A stretch of DNA of 64,000 bases from contig OZ024740.1 of assembly GCA_964016885.1 (NCBI GenBank), positions 15,624,001 through 15,688,000 of the forward strand. The letters are read 5' to 3'. Source of the stretch: Eledone cirrhosa. Lineage: Eukaryota. The position numbers were made by a program, and so were the translations under genes. Shown in pieces: positions 1 to 15,200 of the stretch. How positions within the stretch are numbered: position 1 is the stretch's first letter; each line of letters begins with the position of its first letter. The notes under the pieces were generated by a model. That model did no database searches and was not told the origin of the DNA. It saw nothing but the letters and a program-made list of their open reading frames with translations.

Positions 1-3000
1 TGTCACACCAATATAGGCTATCTCTTGGCTGTTGGTGGGTATGTGGTTGTGACACCAATAGAAGCTATCTCTTGGCTGTTGGTGGGTATGTGGGTGTAAC
101 ACCAGTAGAGGCTATCCCTTGGCTGTTGGTGGGTATGTGTGTGTAACTCCAGTAGAGGCTATCTCTTGGCTGTTGTAGGTATGTGGGTGTGACACCATTA
201 CAGGCTATCTCTTGGATATTCGTGGGTATGTGGGTGTGACCCCAGTAGTGGCTATCTCTTGGTTGTTGGTGGGTATGTGGGTGTGACACACATAGAGGTT
301 ATCTCTTGGCTGTTGGAGGGTATGTGGGTGTGACACACATAGAGGTTATCTCTTGGCGGCTGGAGGGTATGTGGGTGTGACACCACTAGGAGCTATCTCT
401 TGGTTGTTGGGGAGTATGTGGGTGTGACACCATTACAGGCTAGCTGTTCGGGGGTATGTGGTTGTGGCACCAATAGAGGCTATCTCTTGGCTGTTGGTGG
501 GTATGTGGGTGTGACACCATTACAGGCTATCTCTTGGTTGTTGTTGGGTATGTGGGTGTGACACCATTACAGGCTATCTCTTGGCTGTTGGGCGGTATGT
601 GGTGTCACACCAATAGGGTCTATCTCTTGGCTGTTGGTGGGTATGTGTGTGTGACACCAGTAGAGGTTATCTCTTGGCTGTTGGGGGTATGTAGGTGTGA
701 CACAAATAGGGGCTATCTCTTGGTTGTTGGTGGGTATGTGGGTGTAACACCAGTAGAGGCTATCTCTTGGCTGTTGGTGGGTATGTGGGTGTCACACCAA
801 TAGAGGCTATCTCTTGGCTCTTGGTGGGTATCTGGGTGTAACACCATTACAGGCTATCTCTTGGTTGTTGATGGGTATGTGGGTGTGACACCAGTAGAGG
901 CTATCTCTTGGCTGTTGGGGGGTATGTGGGTGTGACACCATTACAGGCTATCTCTTGACTGTTGGGGGGTATGTGGGTGTGACACCATTACAGGCTAGCT
1001 GTTCGGGGGTATGTGGGTGTGGCACCAATAGAGGCTATCTCTTGGCTGTTGGTGGGTATGTGGGTGTGACACCAGTAGAGGCTATCTCTTGGCTGTTGGG
1101 GGGATATGTGGGCGTGACACCAATAGAAGCTATCTCTTGGCTGTTGGTGGGTATGTGTGTGTAACCCCAGTAGAGGCTATCTCTTGGCTGTTGTAGGTAT
1201 GTGGGTGTGACACCATTACAGGCTATCTCTTGGATATTCGTGGGTATGTGGGTGTGACACCAGTAGAGGCTATCTCTTGGTTGTTAGTGGGTATGTGGGC
1301 GTGACACCACTAGAGGCTATCCTTGGTTGTTGGTGGGTATGTGGGTGTCACACTATTACAGGCTATCTCTTCGCTGTTGGTGGGTATGTGGGTGTGACAC
1401 CAGTAGAGGCTATCTCTTGGTTGTTAGTGGGTATGTGGGCGTGACACCAATAGAGGCTATCCTTGGCTTTTGTTGAGTATGTGGGTTTGACACCAGTACA
1501 GTCTATCTCTTGACTGGAGGTGGGTATGTGGGTGTGACACCAGTAGAGGCTATCTCTTGGCTGTTGGTGGGTATGTGGGTGTGACACCAATAGGGGCTAT
1601 CTCTTGGTTGTTGGTGTGAATGTGGGTGTGACACAATTACAGGCTCTCTCTTGGCTGTTGGTGGGTATTTGGGTGTGACAACATTACAGGCTATCTCTTG
1701 GCTGTTGGGTGATACGTGGGTGTGACACGATTACAGGCCAGCTGTTCGGGGGTATGTAGGTGTGGCACCAATAGAGGCTATCTCTTGGCTGTGGGTGTGT
1801 ATGTGGTGTCACACCAATAGGGGCTATCTCTTGGCTGTTGGGGTGTATGTGGGTGTGACACCAGTAGAGGCTATCATTTGGCTGTTGGCGGGTATGTGGG
1901 TGTGACACCATAACAGTCTAGATCTTGACTGTGGTGGGTATGTGAGTGTGACACCAGTAGAGGCTATCTCTTTGTTGTTGGTGTGTATGTGGGTGTGATA
2001 CCAGTAGAAGCTATCACTTGGCTGTTGGTGGTTATGCGTGTGTCACACCAATAGATGCTATCTGTTGGCTGTTGGTGGGTATGTGGGTGTGACACCATTA
2101 CAGGCTATCTCTTGGCTGTTGGTAGGTATGTTGGGTGTGACGCCACTAGAGGCTATTTCATGGTTGTTGTGTGTATGTGGGTGTGTCACCATCACAGGCT
2201 ATCTCTTGGCTGTTGGTGGGTATGTGCGTGTGATACCAGTACAGGCTATCTCTTGGCTGTTGATGGGTATGTGGGTGTGAAGCCATTACAGGCTATCTCT
2301 TGGTTGTTGGTGGGTATGTGGGTGTGACACCAGTAGATGCTATCTCTTGGTTGTTGGTGGGTATGTGGGTGTGACCCCATTACAGGCCATCTCTTGGCTG
2401 TTTTGGGGTATGTGGGTGTGACACCAATAGAGGCTATCTGTTGGCTGTTGGTGAGAATGTGGGTGTCACACTAGTAGAGGCTATCTCTTGGCTGTTGGTG
2501 TATATGTGGGTGTGACAAAGTAGAGGCTATCTCTTGGCTTTTGGTGGGTATGTGGGTGTGACACCAGTAGAGGCTATCTCTTGGTTGTTGGTGGGTATGT
2601 GGGTGTGACACCAGTAGAGGCTATCTCTTGGTTGTTGGTGGGCAAGTGGGTGTGACAGCATTACAGGCTATCTCTTGGTTGTTGGTGGGTATGTGGGTAT
2701 CACACGAGTAGATGCTATCTCTTGGCTGTTGCTGGGTATATGGGTGTGACACCAGTAGAGACTACTTCTTTGCTGTTGATGGGTGTGTGGGTGTGATACC
2801 AATAAAGGCTATCTGTTGGCTGTTGGTGAGAATGTGGGTGTCACACCAGTACAAGCTATCTCTTGGTTGTTTGTGGGTATGTGGGTGTGATACCATTAGA
2901 GGCTATCTCTTGGCTGTTGGTGGGTATGTGGATGTGACACCAGTACATGCTATCTCTTGGCTGTTGGTGGGTATGTGGGTGTGACACCAGTAGAGGCTAT

Positions 3001-6000
3001 CTCTTGGCTGTTGGCGAGAATGTGGGTGTCACAACATTACAGGCTATCTCCTTGCTGTTGGTGGGTATGTGGGTGTGACACCAGTAGAGACTTTCTCTTG
3101 GCTGTTGGTGGGTATGTGGGTGTGACACCATTACAGGCTATCATTTGGTTGTTGCTGGGTATGTGGGTGTGACACCAATAGAGGCTATCTCTTGGCTGTT
3201 GGTGGGTATGTGGGTGTCACACCATTATACGCTATCTCTTGGTTCTTGGTGTGTATGTGGGTGTCACACCAATAGAGGCTATCTGTTGGCTGTTGGTAGG
3301 AATGTGGGTGTCACACCAGTAGAGGGTATCTCTTGGCTGTGGTTGGTATGTCGGTGTGACACCAATAAAGGCTATCTCTTGTCTGTTGGTGGGTATGTGG
3401 GTATCACACCATTACAGGCTATCTCTTGGTTGTTGGTGGGTATGTGGGTGTGACACCAATAGGGGCTAACTCTTGGTTGTTGGTGGGTATGTGGGTGTGA
3501 CACCAGTAGAGGCTATCTCTTGGCTGTTGGTGGGTATGTGGGTGTCACACCAATATAGGCTATCTCTTGGCTGTTGGTGGGTATGTGGTTGTGACACCAA
3601 TAGAAGCTATCTCTTGGCTGTTGGTGGGTATGTGGGTGTAACACCAGTAGAGGCTATCCCTTGGCTGTTGGTGGGTATGTGTGTGTAACTCCAGTAGAGG
3701 CTATCTCTTGGCTGTTGTAGGTATGTGGGTGTGACACCATTACAGGCTATCTCTTGGATATTCGTGGGTATGTGGGTGTGACCCCAGTAGTGGCTATCTC
3801 TTGGTTGTTGGTGGGTATGTGGGTGTGACACACATAGAGGTTATCTCTTGGCTGTTGGAGGGTATGTGGGTGTGACACACATAGAGGTTATCTCTTGGCG
3901 GCTGGAGGGTATGTGGGTGTGACACCACTAGGAGCTATCTCTTGGTTGTTGGGGAGTATGTGGGTGTGACACCATTACAGGCTAGCTGTTCGGGGGTATG
4001 TGGTTGTGGCACCAATAGAGGCTATCTCTTGGCTGTTGGTGGGTATGTGGGTGTGACACCATTACAGGCTATCTCTTGGTTGTTGTTGGGTATGTGGGTG
4101 TGACACCATTACAGGCTATCTCTTGGCTGTTGGGCGGTATGTGGTGTCACACCAATAGGGTCTATCTCTTGGCTGTTGGTGGGTATGTGTGTGTGACACC
4201 AGTAGAGGTTATCTCTTGGCTGTTGGGGGTATGTAGGTGTGACACAAATAGGGGCTATCTCTTGGTTGTTGGTGGGTATGTGGGTGTAACACCAGTAGAG
4301 GCTATCTCTTGGCTGTTGGTGGGTATGTGGGTGTCACACCAATAGAGGCTATCTCTTGGCTCTTGGTGGGTATCTGGGTGTAACACCATTACAGGCTATC
4401 TCTTGGTTGTTGATGGGTATGTGGGTGTGACACCAGTAGAGGCTATCTCTTGGCTGTTGGGGGGTATGTGGGTGTGACACCATTACAGGCTATCTCTTGA
4501 CTGTTGGGGGGTATGTGGGTGTGACACCATTACAGGCTAGCTGTTCGGGGGTATGTGGGTGTGGCACCAATAGAGGCTATCTCTTGGCTGTTGGTGGGTA
4601 TGTGGGTGTGACACCAGTAGAGGCTATCTCTTGGCTGTTGGGGGGATATGTGGGCGTGACACCAATAGAAGCTATCTCTTGGCTGTTGGTGGGTATGTGT
4701 GTGTAACCCCAGTAGAGGCTATCTCTTGGCTGTTGTAGGTATGTGGGTGTGACACCATTACAGGCTATCTCTTGGATATTCGTGGGTATGTGGGTGTGAC
4801 ACCAGTAGAGGCTATCTCTTGGTTGTTAGTGGGTATGTGGGCGTGACACCACTAGAGGCTATCCTTGGTTGTTGGTGGGTATGTGGGTGTCACACTATTA
4901 CAGGCTATCTCTTCGCTGTTGGTGGGTATGTGGGTGTGACACCAGTAGAGGCTATCTCTTGGTTGTTAGTGGGTATGTGGGCGTGACACCAATAGAGGCT
5001 ATCCTTGGCTTTTGTTGAGTATGTGGGTTTGACACCAGTACAGTCTATCTCTTGACTGGAGGTGGGTATGTGGGTGTGACACCAGTAGAGGCTATCTCTT
5101 GGCTGTTGGTGGGTATGTGGGTGTGACACCAATAGGGGCTATCTCTTGGTTGTTGGTGTGAATGTGGGTGTGACACAATTACAGGCTCTCTCTTGGCTGT
5201 TGGTGGGTATTTGGGTGTGACAACATTACAGGCTATCTCTTGGCTGTTGGGTGATACGTGGGTGTGACACGATTACAGGCCAGCTGTTCGGGGGTATGTA
5301 GGTGTGGCACCAATAGAGGCTATCTCTTGGCTGTGGGTGTGTATGTGGTGTCACACCAATAGGGGCTATCTCTTGGCTGTTGGGGTGTATGTGGGTGTGA
5401 CACCAGTAGAGGCTATCATTTGGCTGTTGGCGGGTATGTGGGTGTGACACCATAACAGTCTAGATCTTGACTGTGGTGGGTATGTGAGTGTGACACCAGT
5501 AGAGGCTATCTCTTTGTTGTTGGTGTGTATGTGGGTGTGATACCAGTAGAAGCTATCACTTGGCTGTTGGTGGTTATGCGTGTGTCACACCAATAGATGC
5601 TATCTGTTGGCTGTTGGTGGGTATGTGGGTGTGACACCATTACAGGCTATCTCTTGGCTGTTGGTAGGTATGTTGGGTGTGACGCCACTAGAGGCTATTT
5701 CATGGTTGTTGTGTGTATGTGGGTGTGTCACCATCACAGGCTATCTCTTGGCTGTTGGTGGGTATGTGCGTGTGATACCAGTACAGGCTATCTCTTGGCT
5801 GTTGATGGGTATGTGGGTGTGAAGCCATTACAGGCTATCTCTTGGTTGTTGGTGGGTATGTGGGTGTGACACCAGTAGATGCTATCTCTTGGTTGTTGGT
5901 GGGTATGTGGGTGTGACCCCATTACAGGCCATCTCTTGGCTGTTTTGGGGTATGTGGGTGTGACACCAATAGAGGCTATCTGTTGGCTGTTGGTGAGAAT

Positions 6001-7010
6001 GTGGGTGTCACACTAGTAGAGGCTATCTCTTGGCTGTTGGTGTATATGTGGGTGTGACAAAGTAGAGGCTATCTCTTGGCTTTTGGTGGGTATGTGGGTG
6101 TGACACCAGTAGAGGCTATCTCTTGGTTGTTGGTGGGTATGTGGGTGTGACACCAGTAGAGGCTATCGCTTGGTTGTTGGTGGGTAAGTGGGTGTGACAG
6201 CATTACAGGCTATCTCTTGGTTGTTGGTGGGTATGTGGGTATCACACGAGTAGATGCTATCTCTTGGCTGTTGCTGGGTATATGGGTGTGACACCAGTAG
6301 AGACTACTTCTTTGCTGTTGATGGGTGTGTGGGTGTGATACCAATAAAGGCTATCTGTTGGCTGTTGGTGAGAATGTGGGTGTCACACCAGTACAAGCTA
6401 TCTCTTGGTTGTTTGTGGGTATGTGGGTGTGATACCATTAGAGGCTATCTCTTGGCTGTTGGTGGGTATGTGGATGTGACACCAGTACATGCTATCTCTT
6501 GGCTGTTGGTGGGTATGTGGGTGTGACACCAGTAGAGGCTATCTCTTGGCTGTTGGCGAGATTGTGGGTGTCACAACATTACAGGCTATCTCCATGCTGT
6601 TGGTGGGTATGTGGGTGTGACACCAGTAGAGACTTTCTCTTGGCTGTTGGTGGGTATGTGGGTGTGACACCATTACAGGCTATCATTTGGTTGTTGCTGG
6701 GTATGTGGGTGTGACACCAATAGAGGCTATCTCTTGGCTGTTGGTGGGTATGTGGGTGTCACACCATTATACGCTATCTCTTGGTTCTTGGTGTGTATGT
6801 GGGTGTCACACCAATAGAGGCTATCTGTTGGCTGTTGGTAGGAATGTGGGTGTCACACCAGTAGAGGGTATCTCTTGGCTGTGGTTGGTATGTCGGTGTG
6901 ACACCAATAAAGGCTATCTCTTGGCTGTTGGTGGGTATGTGGGTATCACACCATTACAGGCTATCTCTTGGTTGTTGGTGGGTATGTGGGTGTGACACCA
7001 ATAGGGGCTA
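1..7010 (+). repeat. 3542-bp higher-order tandem duplication within the 47-bp satellite (two near-identical copies)
   Basis: Sequence from position 1 recurs from 3543. ORF-track entries recur at +3542 (65/3607, 534/4076, 955/4497, 2038/5580, 3145/6687). Only a handful of substitutions seen by eye. Confidence 0.96.
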
Positions 7011-10000
7011 TCTCTTGGCTGTTGGTGGGTATGTGGGTGTGACGCCAGTAGTGGCTATCTCTTGGCTGTTGGTGGGTATATGAGTGTGACACCATTACAG
7101 GCTATCTCTTGGCTGTTGGAGGTTATGTGGGTGTGACACCAATAGGGGCTATCTCTTGGTTGTTGGTGAGTAGGTGCGTGTGACAACATTATAGGCTATG
7201 TCTTGGCTGTTGGGGGTATGTGGGTGTCACACCAATAGGGGCTAACTCTTGGCTGTTGGTGGGTATGTGGGTGAGAAACCAATAGAGGCTATCTTTTGGC
7301 TGTTGGTGGGTATGTGGGTGAGACACCAATAGAGGCTATCTCTTGTTTGTTGGTGGGTATGTGGGTGTAACACCAATAGAGGCTATCCTTGGCTGTTGGT
7401 GAGTATGTGGGTGTCACACCAATAGAGGCTATCTCTTGGCTGTTGGTGGGTATGTGGGTGTCACACCAGTAGAGGCGATCTCTTGGCTGTTGGTGGGTAT
7501 GTGAGTGTGACACCAATAGAAGCTATTCTTTGTTGTTGGTGGGTATGTGAAATGTGACACCAATAGAGGCTATCTCTTGGCTGTTGGTGTGTATGTGGGT
7601 GTGACAACAATAGAGGCTTTCTCTTGGCTGTTGCTGGGAATATGGGTGTGACAACATTACAGGCTATACCTTGGTTGTTGGTGGGTAAGTGGGTATCACA
7701 CCAGTAGAGGCTATCTCTTGGCTGTTGGTGGGTATGTGGGTGTGACACCAGTAGAGGCTATCTCTTGGCTCTTGGAGGGTATGTGGGTGTGACACCAATA
7801 GGGGCTATCTCTTGGTTGTTGGTGGGTATGTGGGTGTGAAACCATTACAGGCTATCTCTTGGTTGTTGTTGTGTATGTGGGTGTGACACCATTACAGCCT
7901 ATCTCTTGGCTGTTGGTGGGTATGTGAGTGTGACACCAGTAGAGGCTATCTCTTGGTTGTTGGTGTGTATGTGGGTGTGATACCAGTAGAAGCTATCACT
8001 TGGCTGTTGGTGGTTATGCGTGTGTCACACCAATAGATGCTATCTGTTGGCTGTTGGTGGGTATGTGGGTGTGACACCATTACAGGCTATCTCTTGGCTG
8101 TTGGTGGGTATGTTGGGTGTGACGCCACTAGAGGCTATTTCATGGTTGTTGTGTGTATGTGGGTGTGTCACCATCACAGGCTATCTCTTGGCTGTTGGTG
8201 GGTATGTGCGTGTGATACCATTAGAGGCTATCTCTTGGCTGTTGGTGGGTATGTGGATGTGACACCAGTACAGGCTATCTCTTGGCTGTTGGTGGGTATG
8301 TGGGTGTGACACCAGTAGATGCTATCTCTTGGTTGTTGGTGGGTATATGGGTGTGACACCATTACAGGCCATCTCTTGGCTGTTTTGGGGTATGTGGGTG
8401 TGACACCAATAGAGGCTATCTGTTGGCTGTTGGTGAGAATGTGGGTGTCACACTAGTAGAGGCTATCTCTTGGCTGTTGGTGGGTATGTGGGTGTGACAA
8501 AGTAGAGGCTATCTCTTGGCTTTTGGTGGGTATGTGGGTGTGACACCAGTAGAGGCTATCTCTTGGTTGTTGGTGGGTATGTGGGTGTGACACCAGTAGA
8601 GGCTATCTCTTGGTTGTTGGTGGGTAAGTGGGTGTGACAGCATTACAGGCTATCTCTTGGCTGTTCGTGGGTATGTGGGTGTGACAACAGTAGAGACTTT
8701 CTCTTGGCTGTTGGTGGGTATGTGGGTGTGACACCATTACAGGCTATCATTTGGTTGTTGCTGGGTATGTTGGGTGTGACGCCACTAGAGGCTATTTCAT
8801 GGTTGTTGTGTGTATGTGGGTGTGTCACCATCACAGGCTATCTCTTGGCTGTTGGTGGGTATGTGCGTGTGATACCATTAGAGGCTATCTCTTGGCTGTT
8901 GGTGGGTATGTGGATGTGACACCAGTACAAGCTATCTCTTGGCTGTTGGTGGGTATGTGGGTGTCACACTGGTAGAGGCTATCTCTTGGCTGTTGGTGCG
9001 TATGTGGGTGTGACACCATTACAGGCTATCTGTTGGCTGCTGTTGGGTATGTGGGTGTGACACCATTACATGGTAACTCTTGGTTGACGTTGGGTATGTG
9101 GGTGTCATACCAGTACAGGCTATCTCTTGGCTGTTGGTGGGTATGTGGGTGTGAAGCCATTACAGGCTATCTCTTGGTTGTTGGTGGGTATGTGGGTGTG
9201 ACACCAGTAGATGCTATCTCTTGGCTGTTTTGGGGTATGTGGGTGTGACACCAATAGAGGCTATCTGTTGGCTGTTGGTGAGAATGTGGGTGTCACACTA
9301 GTAGAGGCTATCTCTTGGCTGTTGGTGGGTATGTGGGTGTGACAACGTAGAGGCTATCTCTTGGCTGTTGGTGGGTATGTGGGTGTGACACCAGTAGAGG
9401 CTATCTCTTGGTTGTTGGTGGGTATGTGGGTGTGACACCAGTAGAGGCTATCTCTTGGTTGTTGGTGGGTAAGTGGGTGTGACAGCATTACAGGCTATCT
9501 CTTGGTTGTTGGTGGGTATGTGGGTATCACACGAGTAGATGCTATCTCTTGGCTGTTGCTGGGTATATGGGTGTGACACCAGTAGAGACTACCTCTTTGC
9601 TGTTGATGGGTGTGTGGGTGTGACACCAATAAAGGCTTTCTGTTGGCTGTTGGTGAGAATGTGTGTGTCACACCAGTACAAGCTATCTCTTGGTTGTTGG
9701 TGGGTATGTTGGTGTGATACCATTAGAGGCTATCTCTTGGCTGTTGGTGCGTATGTGGATGTGACACCAGTACATGCTATCTCTTGGCTGTTGGTGGGTA
9801 TGTGGGTGTGACACCAGTAGAGGCTATCTCTTGGCTGTTGGCGAGAATGTGGGTATCACAACATTACAGGCTATCTCTTGGCTGTTCGTGGGTATGTGGG
9901 TGTGACACCAGTAGAGGCTATCTCTTGGCTGTTGGTGGGTATGTGGGTGTCACACCATTATACGCTATCTCTTGGTTCTTGGTGTGTATGTGGGTGTCAC

Positions 10001-11459
10001 ACCAATAGAGGCTATCTGTTGGCTGTTGGTATGAATGTGGGTGTCACACCAGTAGAGGGTATCTCTTGGCTGTGGTTGGTATGTCGGTGTGACACCAATA
10101 AAGGCTATCTCTTGGCTGTTGGTGGGTATGTGGGTATCACACCATTACAGGCTATCTCTTGGCTGTTGGTGGCTATGTGGGTGTGACACCATCACAGGCT
10201 ATCTCTTGGCTATTGGTGGGTATGTGGGTATGTCACCATTACAGGCTATCTCTTGGTTGTTGGTGGCTATGTGGTTTGCACACCAGTAGAGGCTATCTCT
10301 TGGTTGTTGGTGGGTATGTGGGTGTGACACCATTACAGGCTATCTCGTGGCTGTTGGTGGGTATGTGAGTGTGACACCAGTAGAGGCTATCACTTGGTTG
10401 TTGGTGGGTATGTGGGTGTGACACCAATAGAGGCTATCTGTTGGGGGTTGGAGGGTATGTGGGTTTGACAACATTACAGGCTATCTCTTGGTTGTTGGTG
10501 GGTTTGTGGGTGTGACACCATTACAGGCTATCTCTTGGCTGTTGGTGGGTATGTGAGTGTGACACCAGTAGAGGCTATCACTTGGTTGTTGGTGGGTATG
10601 TGGGTGTGACACCATTACAGGCTATCTCTTGGCTGTTGGTGGGTATGTGGATGTGACACCAGTACAGGCTATCTCTTGGCTGTTGGTGGGTATGTGGGTG
10701 TCACACCAGTAGAAGCTATCTCTTGGCTGTTGGTGGGTATGTGGATGTGACACCAGTACAGGCTATCTCTTGGCTGTTGGTGGGTATGTGGGTGGCACAC
10801 CGGTAGAGGCTATCTCTTGGCTGTTGGTGCGTATGTGGGTGTGACACCATTACAGGTTATCTATTGGCTGTTGGTTGGTATGTGGGTGTGACACCAATAG
10901 AGGCAATATCTTTGCTGTTGGCGGGTATGTGGGTGTGACACCATTACAGGCTATCTCTTGGTTGTTGCTGAGTATGTGGGTGTGACACCAATAGAGGCTA
11001 TCTCTTGGCGGTTGCTGGGTTTGTGGGTGTGACACCAATAGAGGCTATCTGTTGGCTGTTGCAGGGTATGTGGGTGTGACACCATTACAGGTTATCTCTT
11101 GGTTGTGGGTGGGTATGTGGGTGTGACAGCATTACATGCAATATCTTGGTTGTTGGTGGGTATGTGGGTGTCACACCAGTAGAGGTTATCTCTTGGTTGT
11201 TGGGGGGTATGTGGGTGTGACACCAATAGGAGCTATCTCTTGGCTGTTGGTGGGTATGTGGGTGTTAGACCAATGGAGGCTATCTGTGGACTGTTGGTGG
11301 GTATGAGGGTGTCACACTTTAGCGACCATCTCTTGGCTGTTAGTGGGAATGTGGGTGTCATACCAGTACAGGCTATCTCTTGGCTGCGGTGGGTATGTGG
11401 GTGTGACAGCATTACAGGCTATCTCTTGGTTGTTGGTGGGTATGTGTGTGTGACACCAT

Positions 11460-12200
11460 TACAGGCTATCTCTTGGTTGTTGGTGGGTATGTGGGTGTGA
11501 CACAAGTAGATGCTATCTCTTGGTTGTTGGTGAGTATGTGGCTGTGACACAAGTAGAGGCTATCTCTTGGTTGTTGGTGGGTATGTGGGTGTGACTCCAT
11601 TACAGGCTATCTCTTGGCTGTTGTTGTGTATGTGGGTGTGACACAAGTAGATGCTATCTCTTGGTTGTTGGTGAGTATGTGGCTGTGACACAAGTAGAGG
11701 CTATCTCTTGACTGTTGGTGGGTATGTGGGTGTGACACCATTACAGGCTATCTCTTGGTTGTTGGTGGGTATGTGGGTGTGACACAAGTAGATGCTATCT
11801 CTTGGTTGTTGGTGAGTATGTGGCTGTGACACAAGTAGAGGCTATCTCTTGGTTGTTGGTGGGTATGTGGGTGTGACTCCATTACAGGCTATCTCTTGGC
11901 TGTTGTTGTGTATGTGGGTGTGACACAAGTAGATGCTATCTCTTGGTTGTTGGTGAGTATGTGGCTGTGACACAAGTAGAGGCTATCTCTTGGCTGTTGG
12001 TGGGTATGTGGGTGTGACACCATTACAGGCTATCTCTTGGTTGTTGGTGGGTATGTGGGTGTGACACAAGTAGATGCTATCTCTTGGTTGTTGGTGAGTA
12101 TGTGGCTGTGACACAAGTAGAGGCTATCTCTTGGTTGTTGGTGGGTATGTGGGTGTGACACCATTACAGGCTATCTCTTGGTTGTTGGTGGGTATGTGGG
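11460..12200 (+). repeat. Local 3-monomer (141-bp) higher-order repeat
   Basis: The variant CACAAGTAGATGC recurs at 11501, 11642, 11783, 11924 and 12065, an exact 141-bp spacing. GACTCCATTAC recurs at 282 bp. Confidence 0.9.
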
Positions 12201-15200
12201 TGTGACTCCAATAGAGGCTATCTCTTGGCTGTTGTTGTGTATGTGGGTGTGACACAAGTAGATGCTATCTCTTGGTTGTTTTGGTGAGTATGTGGCTGTG
12301 ACACAAGTACAGGCTATCTCTAGGCTGTTGGTGGGTATGTGGGTGTGACAGCATTACATGCAATATCTTGGTTGTTGGTTGGTATGTGTGTGTCACACCA
12401 GTAGAGGCTATCTCTTGGCTGTTGGTGGGTATGTGGGTGTGACACCAATAGATGCTATCTCTTGGCTGTTGGTGGGTATGTGGCTGTGACACAAGTACAG
12501 GCTATCTCTAGGCTGTTGGTGGGTATGTGGGTGTGACAGCATTACATGCAATATCTTGGTTGTTGTTTGTTATGTGTGTGTCACACCAGTAGAGGCTATC
12601 TCTTGGCTGTTGGTGGGTATGTGGGTGTGACACCAATAGATGCTATCTCTTGGCTGTTGGTGGGTATGTGGGTGTGACACCATTACAAGCTATCTCTAGG
12701 TTGTTGGTGGGTTTGTGGGTATGACACCAATAGATGCTATCTCTTGACTGTGGGTGGGTATGTGAGTGTGACACCAATAGAGGCTATCTCTTGGCTGTTG
12801 GTGGCTATGTAGGTGTTAGACCATTACAGGCTATCTCTTGGTTTTTGGTGTGTATGTGGCTGTCACACCAATGGAGGCTATCTGTGGACTGTTGGTGGGT
12901 ATGAGTGTGTCACACCAGTACAGGCTATCTCTTGGCTGTTGGTGGGTATGTGGGTGTGACACCATTACAGTGTATCTCATGGCTGTTGGTGAGAATGTGG
13001 GTGTTACACCATTACAGGCTATCTCTTGACTGTTGGTGGGTATGTGGGTGTTACACCATTACAGGCTATCTCTTGACTGTTGGTGGGTATGTGGGTGTGA
13101 CAGCAGTAGAGGCTATCACTTGGTCGTTGGTGGGTATGTGGGTGTGACACCATCACAGGCTATCTCTTGGCTATTGGTGGGTATGTGGGTGTTACACCAT
13201 TACAGGCTATCTCTTGGCTGTTGGTGGGTATGTGGGTCTGACTCCAGTAGAGGCTATCTCATGGCTGTTGGTGGGTATGTGGGTGTGACACCAGTAGAGG
13301 CTATCTCTTGACTGTTGGTGGGTTTGTGGGTGTGACACCAGTATAGATTCTCTCTTGGCTGTTGGTGGGTATGTGGGAATCACAACATTAGACGCTGTCT
13401 CTTGTCTGTTGGTGGGTATGTGGGTGTGACACCATTACAGGTTATCTCTTGTCTGTTGGTGGGTATGAGGGTGTCACACCATTACAGGCTATCTCTTGTC
13501 TGTTGGTGGGTATGTGGGTGTGACACCATTACAGGATATCTCTAGGCTGTTGGTGGGTATATGAGTGTGACACCATTACAGACTATCTGTTGGTTGTTGG
13601 TGGGTATGTGGATGTCACACCATTACAGGCTATCTCTTGGCTGTTGGTGGGTATGTGGGTGTGACACCATTACAGGCTATCTCTTGGTTGTTGCTGGGTA
13701 TGTGGGTGTCACACCAGTAGAGGCTATCTCTTGGTTGTTGCTGGGTATGTGGGTGTCACACCATTACTGGCTATCTCTTGGCTGTTGGTGGGTATGTGGG
13801 TGTGACACCAGTAGAGGCTATCTCTTGGTTGTTGGTGCGTATGTGGGTGTCACACCATTACAGGCTATCTCTTGGTTGTTGCTGTGTATGTGGGTGTCAC
13901 ACCAGTAGAGGCTATCTCTAGGCTGTTGGTGGGTATGTGGATGTCACACCATTACAGGCTATCTCTTGGATGTTGGTGGGTGTGTGGATGTCACACCATT
14001 ACAGGATATCTCTTGGCTGTTGGTGGGTATGTGGGTGTGACACCAATGGATGCTATCTCTTGGCTGTTGGTGGGTATGTGGGTATCACACCATTACAGGC
14101 TATCTCTTGGATGTTGGTGGGTGTGTGGATGTCACACCATTACAGGATATCTCTTGGCTGTTGGTGGGTATGTGGGTATCACACCATTATAGGCTATCTC
14201 TTGGCTGTTGGTGGGTATGTCGGTGTGACACCATTACAGGCTATCTCTTGGCTGTTGGTGGGTATGTGGGTGTGACACCATCACAGGCTATCTCTTGGCT
14301 GTTGCTGGGTATGTGGATGTGACACCATTACAGGCTATCTCTTGACTGTTGGTGGGTATGTCGGTGTGACACCATTACAGGCTATCCCTTGGCTGTTGGT
14401 GGGTATGTGGGTGTGACACCAGTACAGGCTATCTCTTGACTGTTGGTGGGTATGTCGGTGTGACACCATTACAGGCTATCTCTTGGCTGTTGGTGGGTAT
14501 GTGGGTGTGACACCATCACAGGCTATCTCTTGGCTGTTGCAGGGTATGTGGATGTGACACCATTACAGGCTATCTCTTGGCTGTTGGTGGGTATGTGGGT
14601 GTGACACCAGTACAGGCTAGCTCTTGGCTGTTGGTGGGTATGTGTGTTGGACACCAGTAGAAGCTATCTCTTGGCTGTTGCTGGGTATGTGGATGTGACA
14701 CCATTACAGGCTATCTCTTGGCTGTTGGTGGGTATGTGGGTGTGACACCAGTAGAGGCTATCTCTTGGCTGTTGGTGGGTATGTGGGTGTGACGTCAGTA
14801 CAGGCTATCTCTTGGCTGTTGGTGGGTATGTGGGTGTGACATCAGTACAGAATATCTCTTGGTTGTTGATGGGTATGTGGGTGTAACATCAGTACAGGAT
14901 ATCTCTTGGCTGTTGGTGGGTATGTGGGTGTGACATCAGTACAGAATATCTCTTGGTTGTTGGTGGGTATGTGGGTGTGACACCAGTACAGGCTATCTCT
15001 TGGCTGTTGGTGGGTATGTGGGTGTGACACCATTAGAGACTATCTCTTGGTTGTTGTTGGGAATGTGGGTGTCTCACAAGTAGAGGCTATCTCTTGGCTG
15101 TTGGTGGGTATGTGGGTGTGACCCCAGTAGAGGCTATCTCTTGGCTGTTGGTCGGTATGTGGGTGTGACATCAGTACAGGCTATCTCTTGGCTGTTGGTG

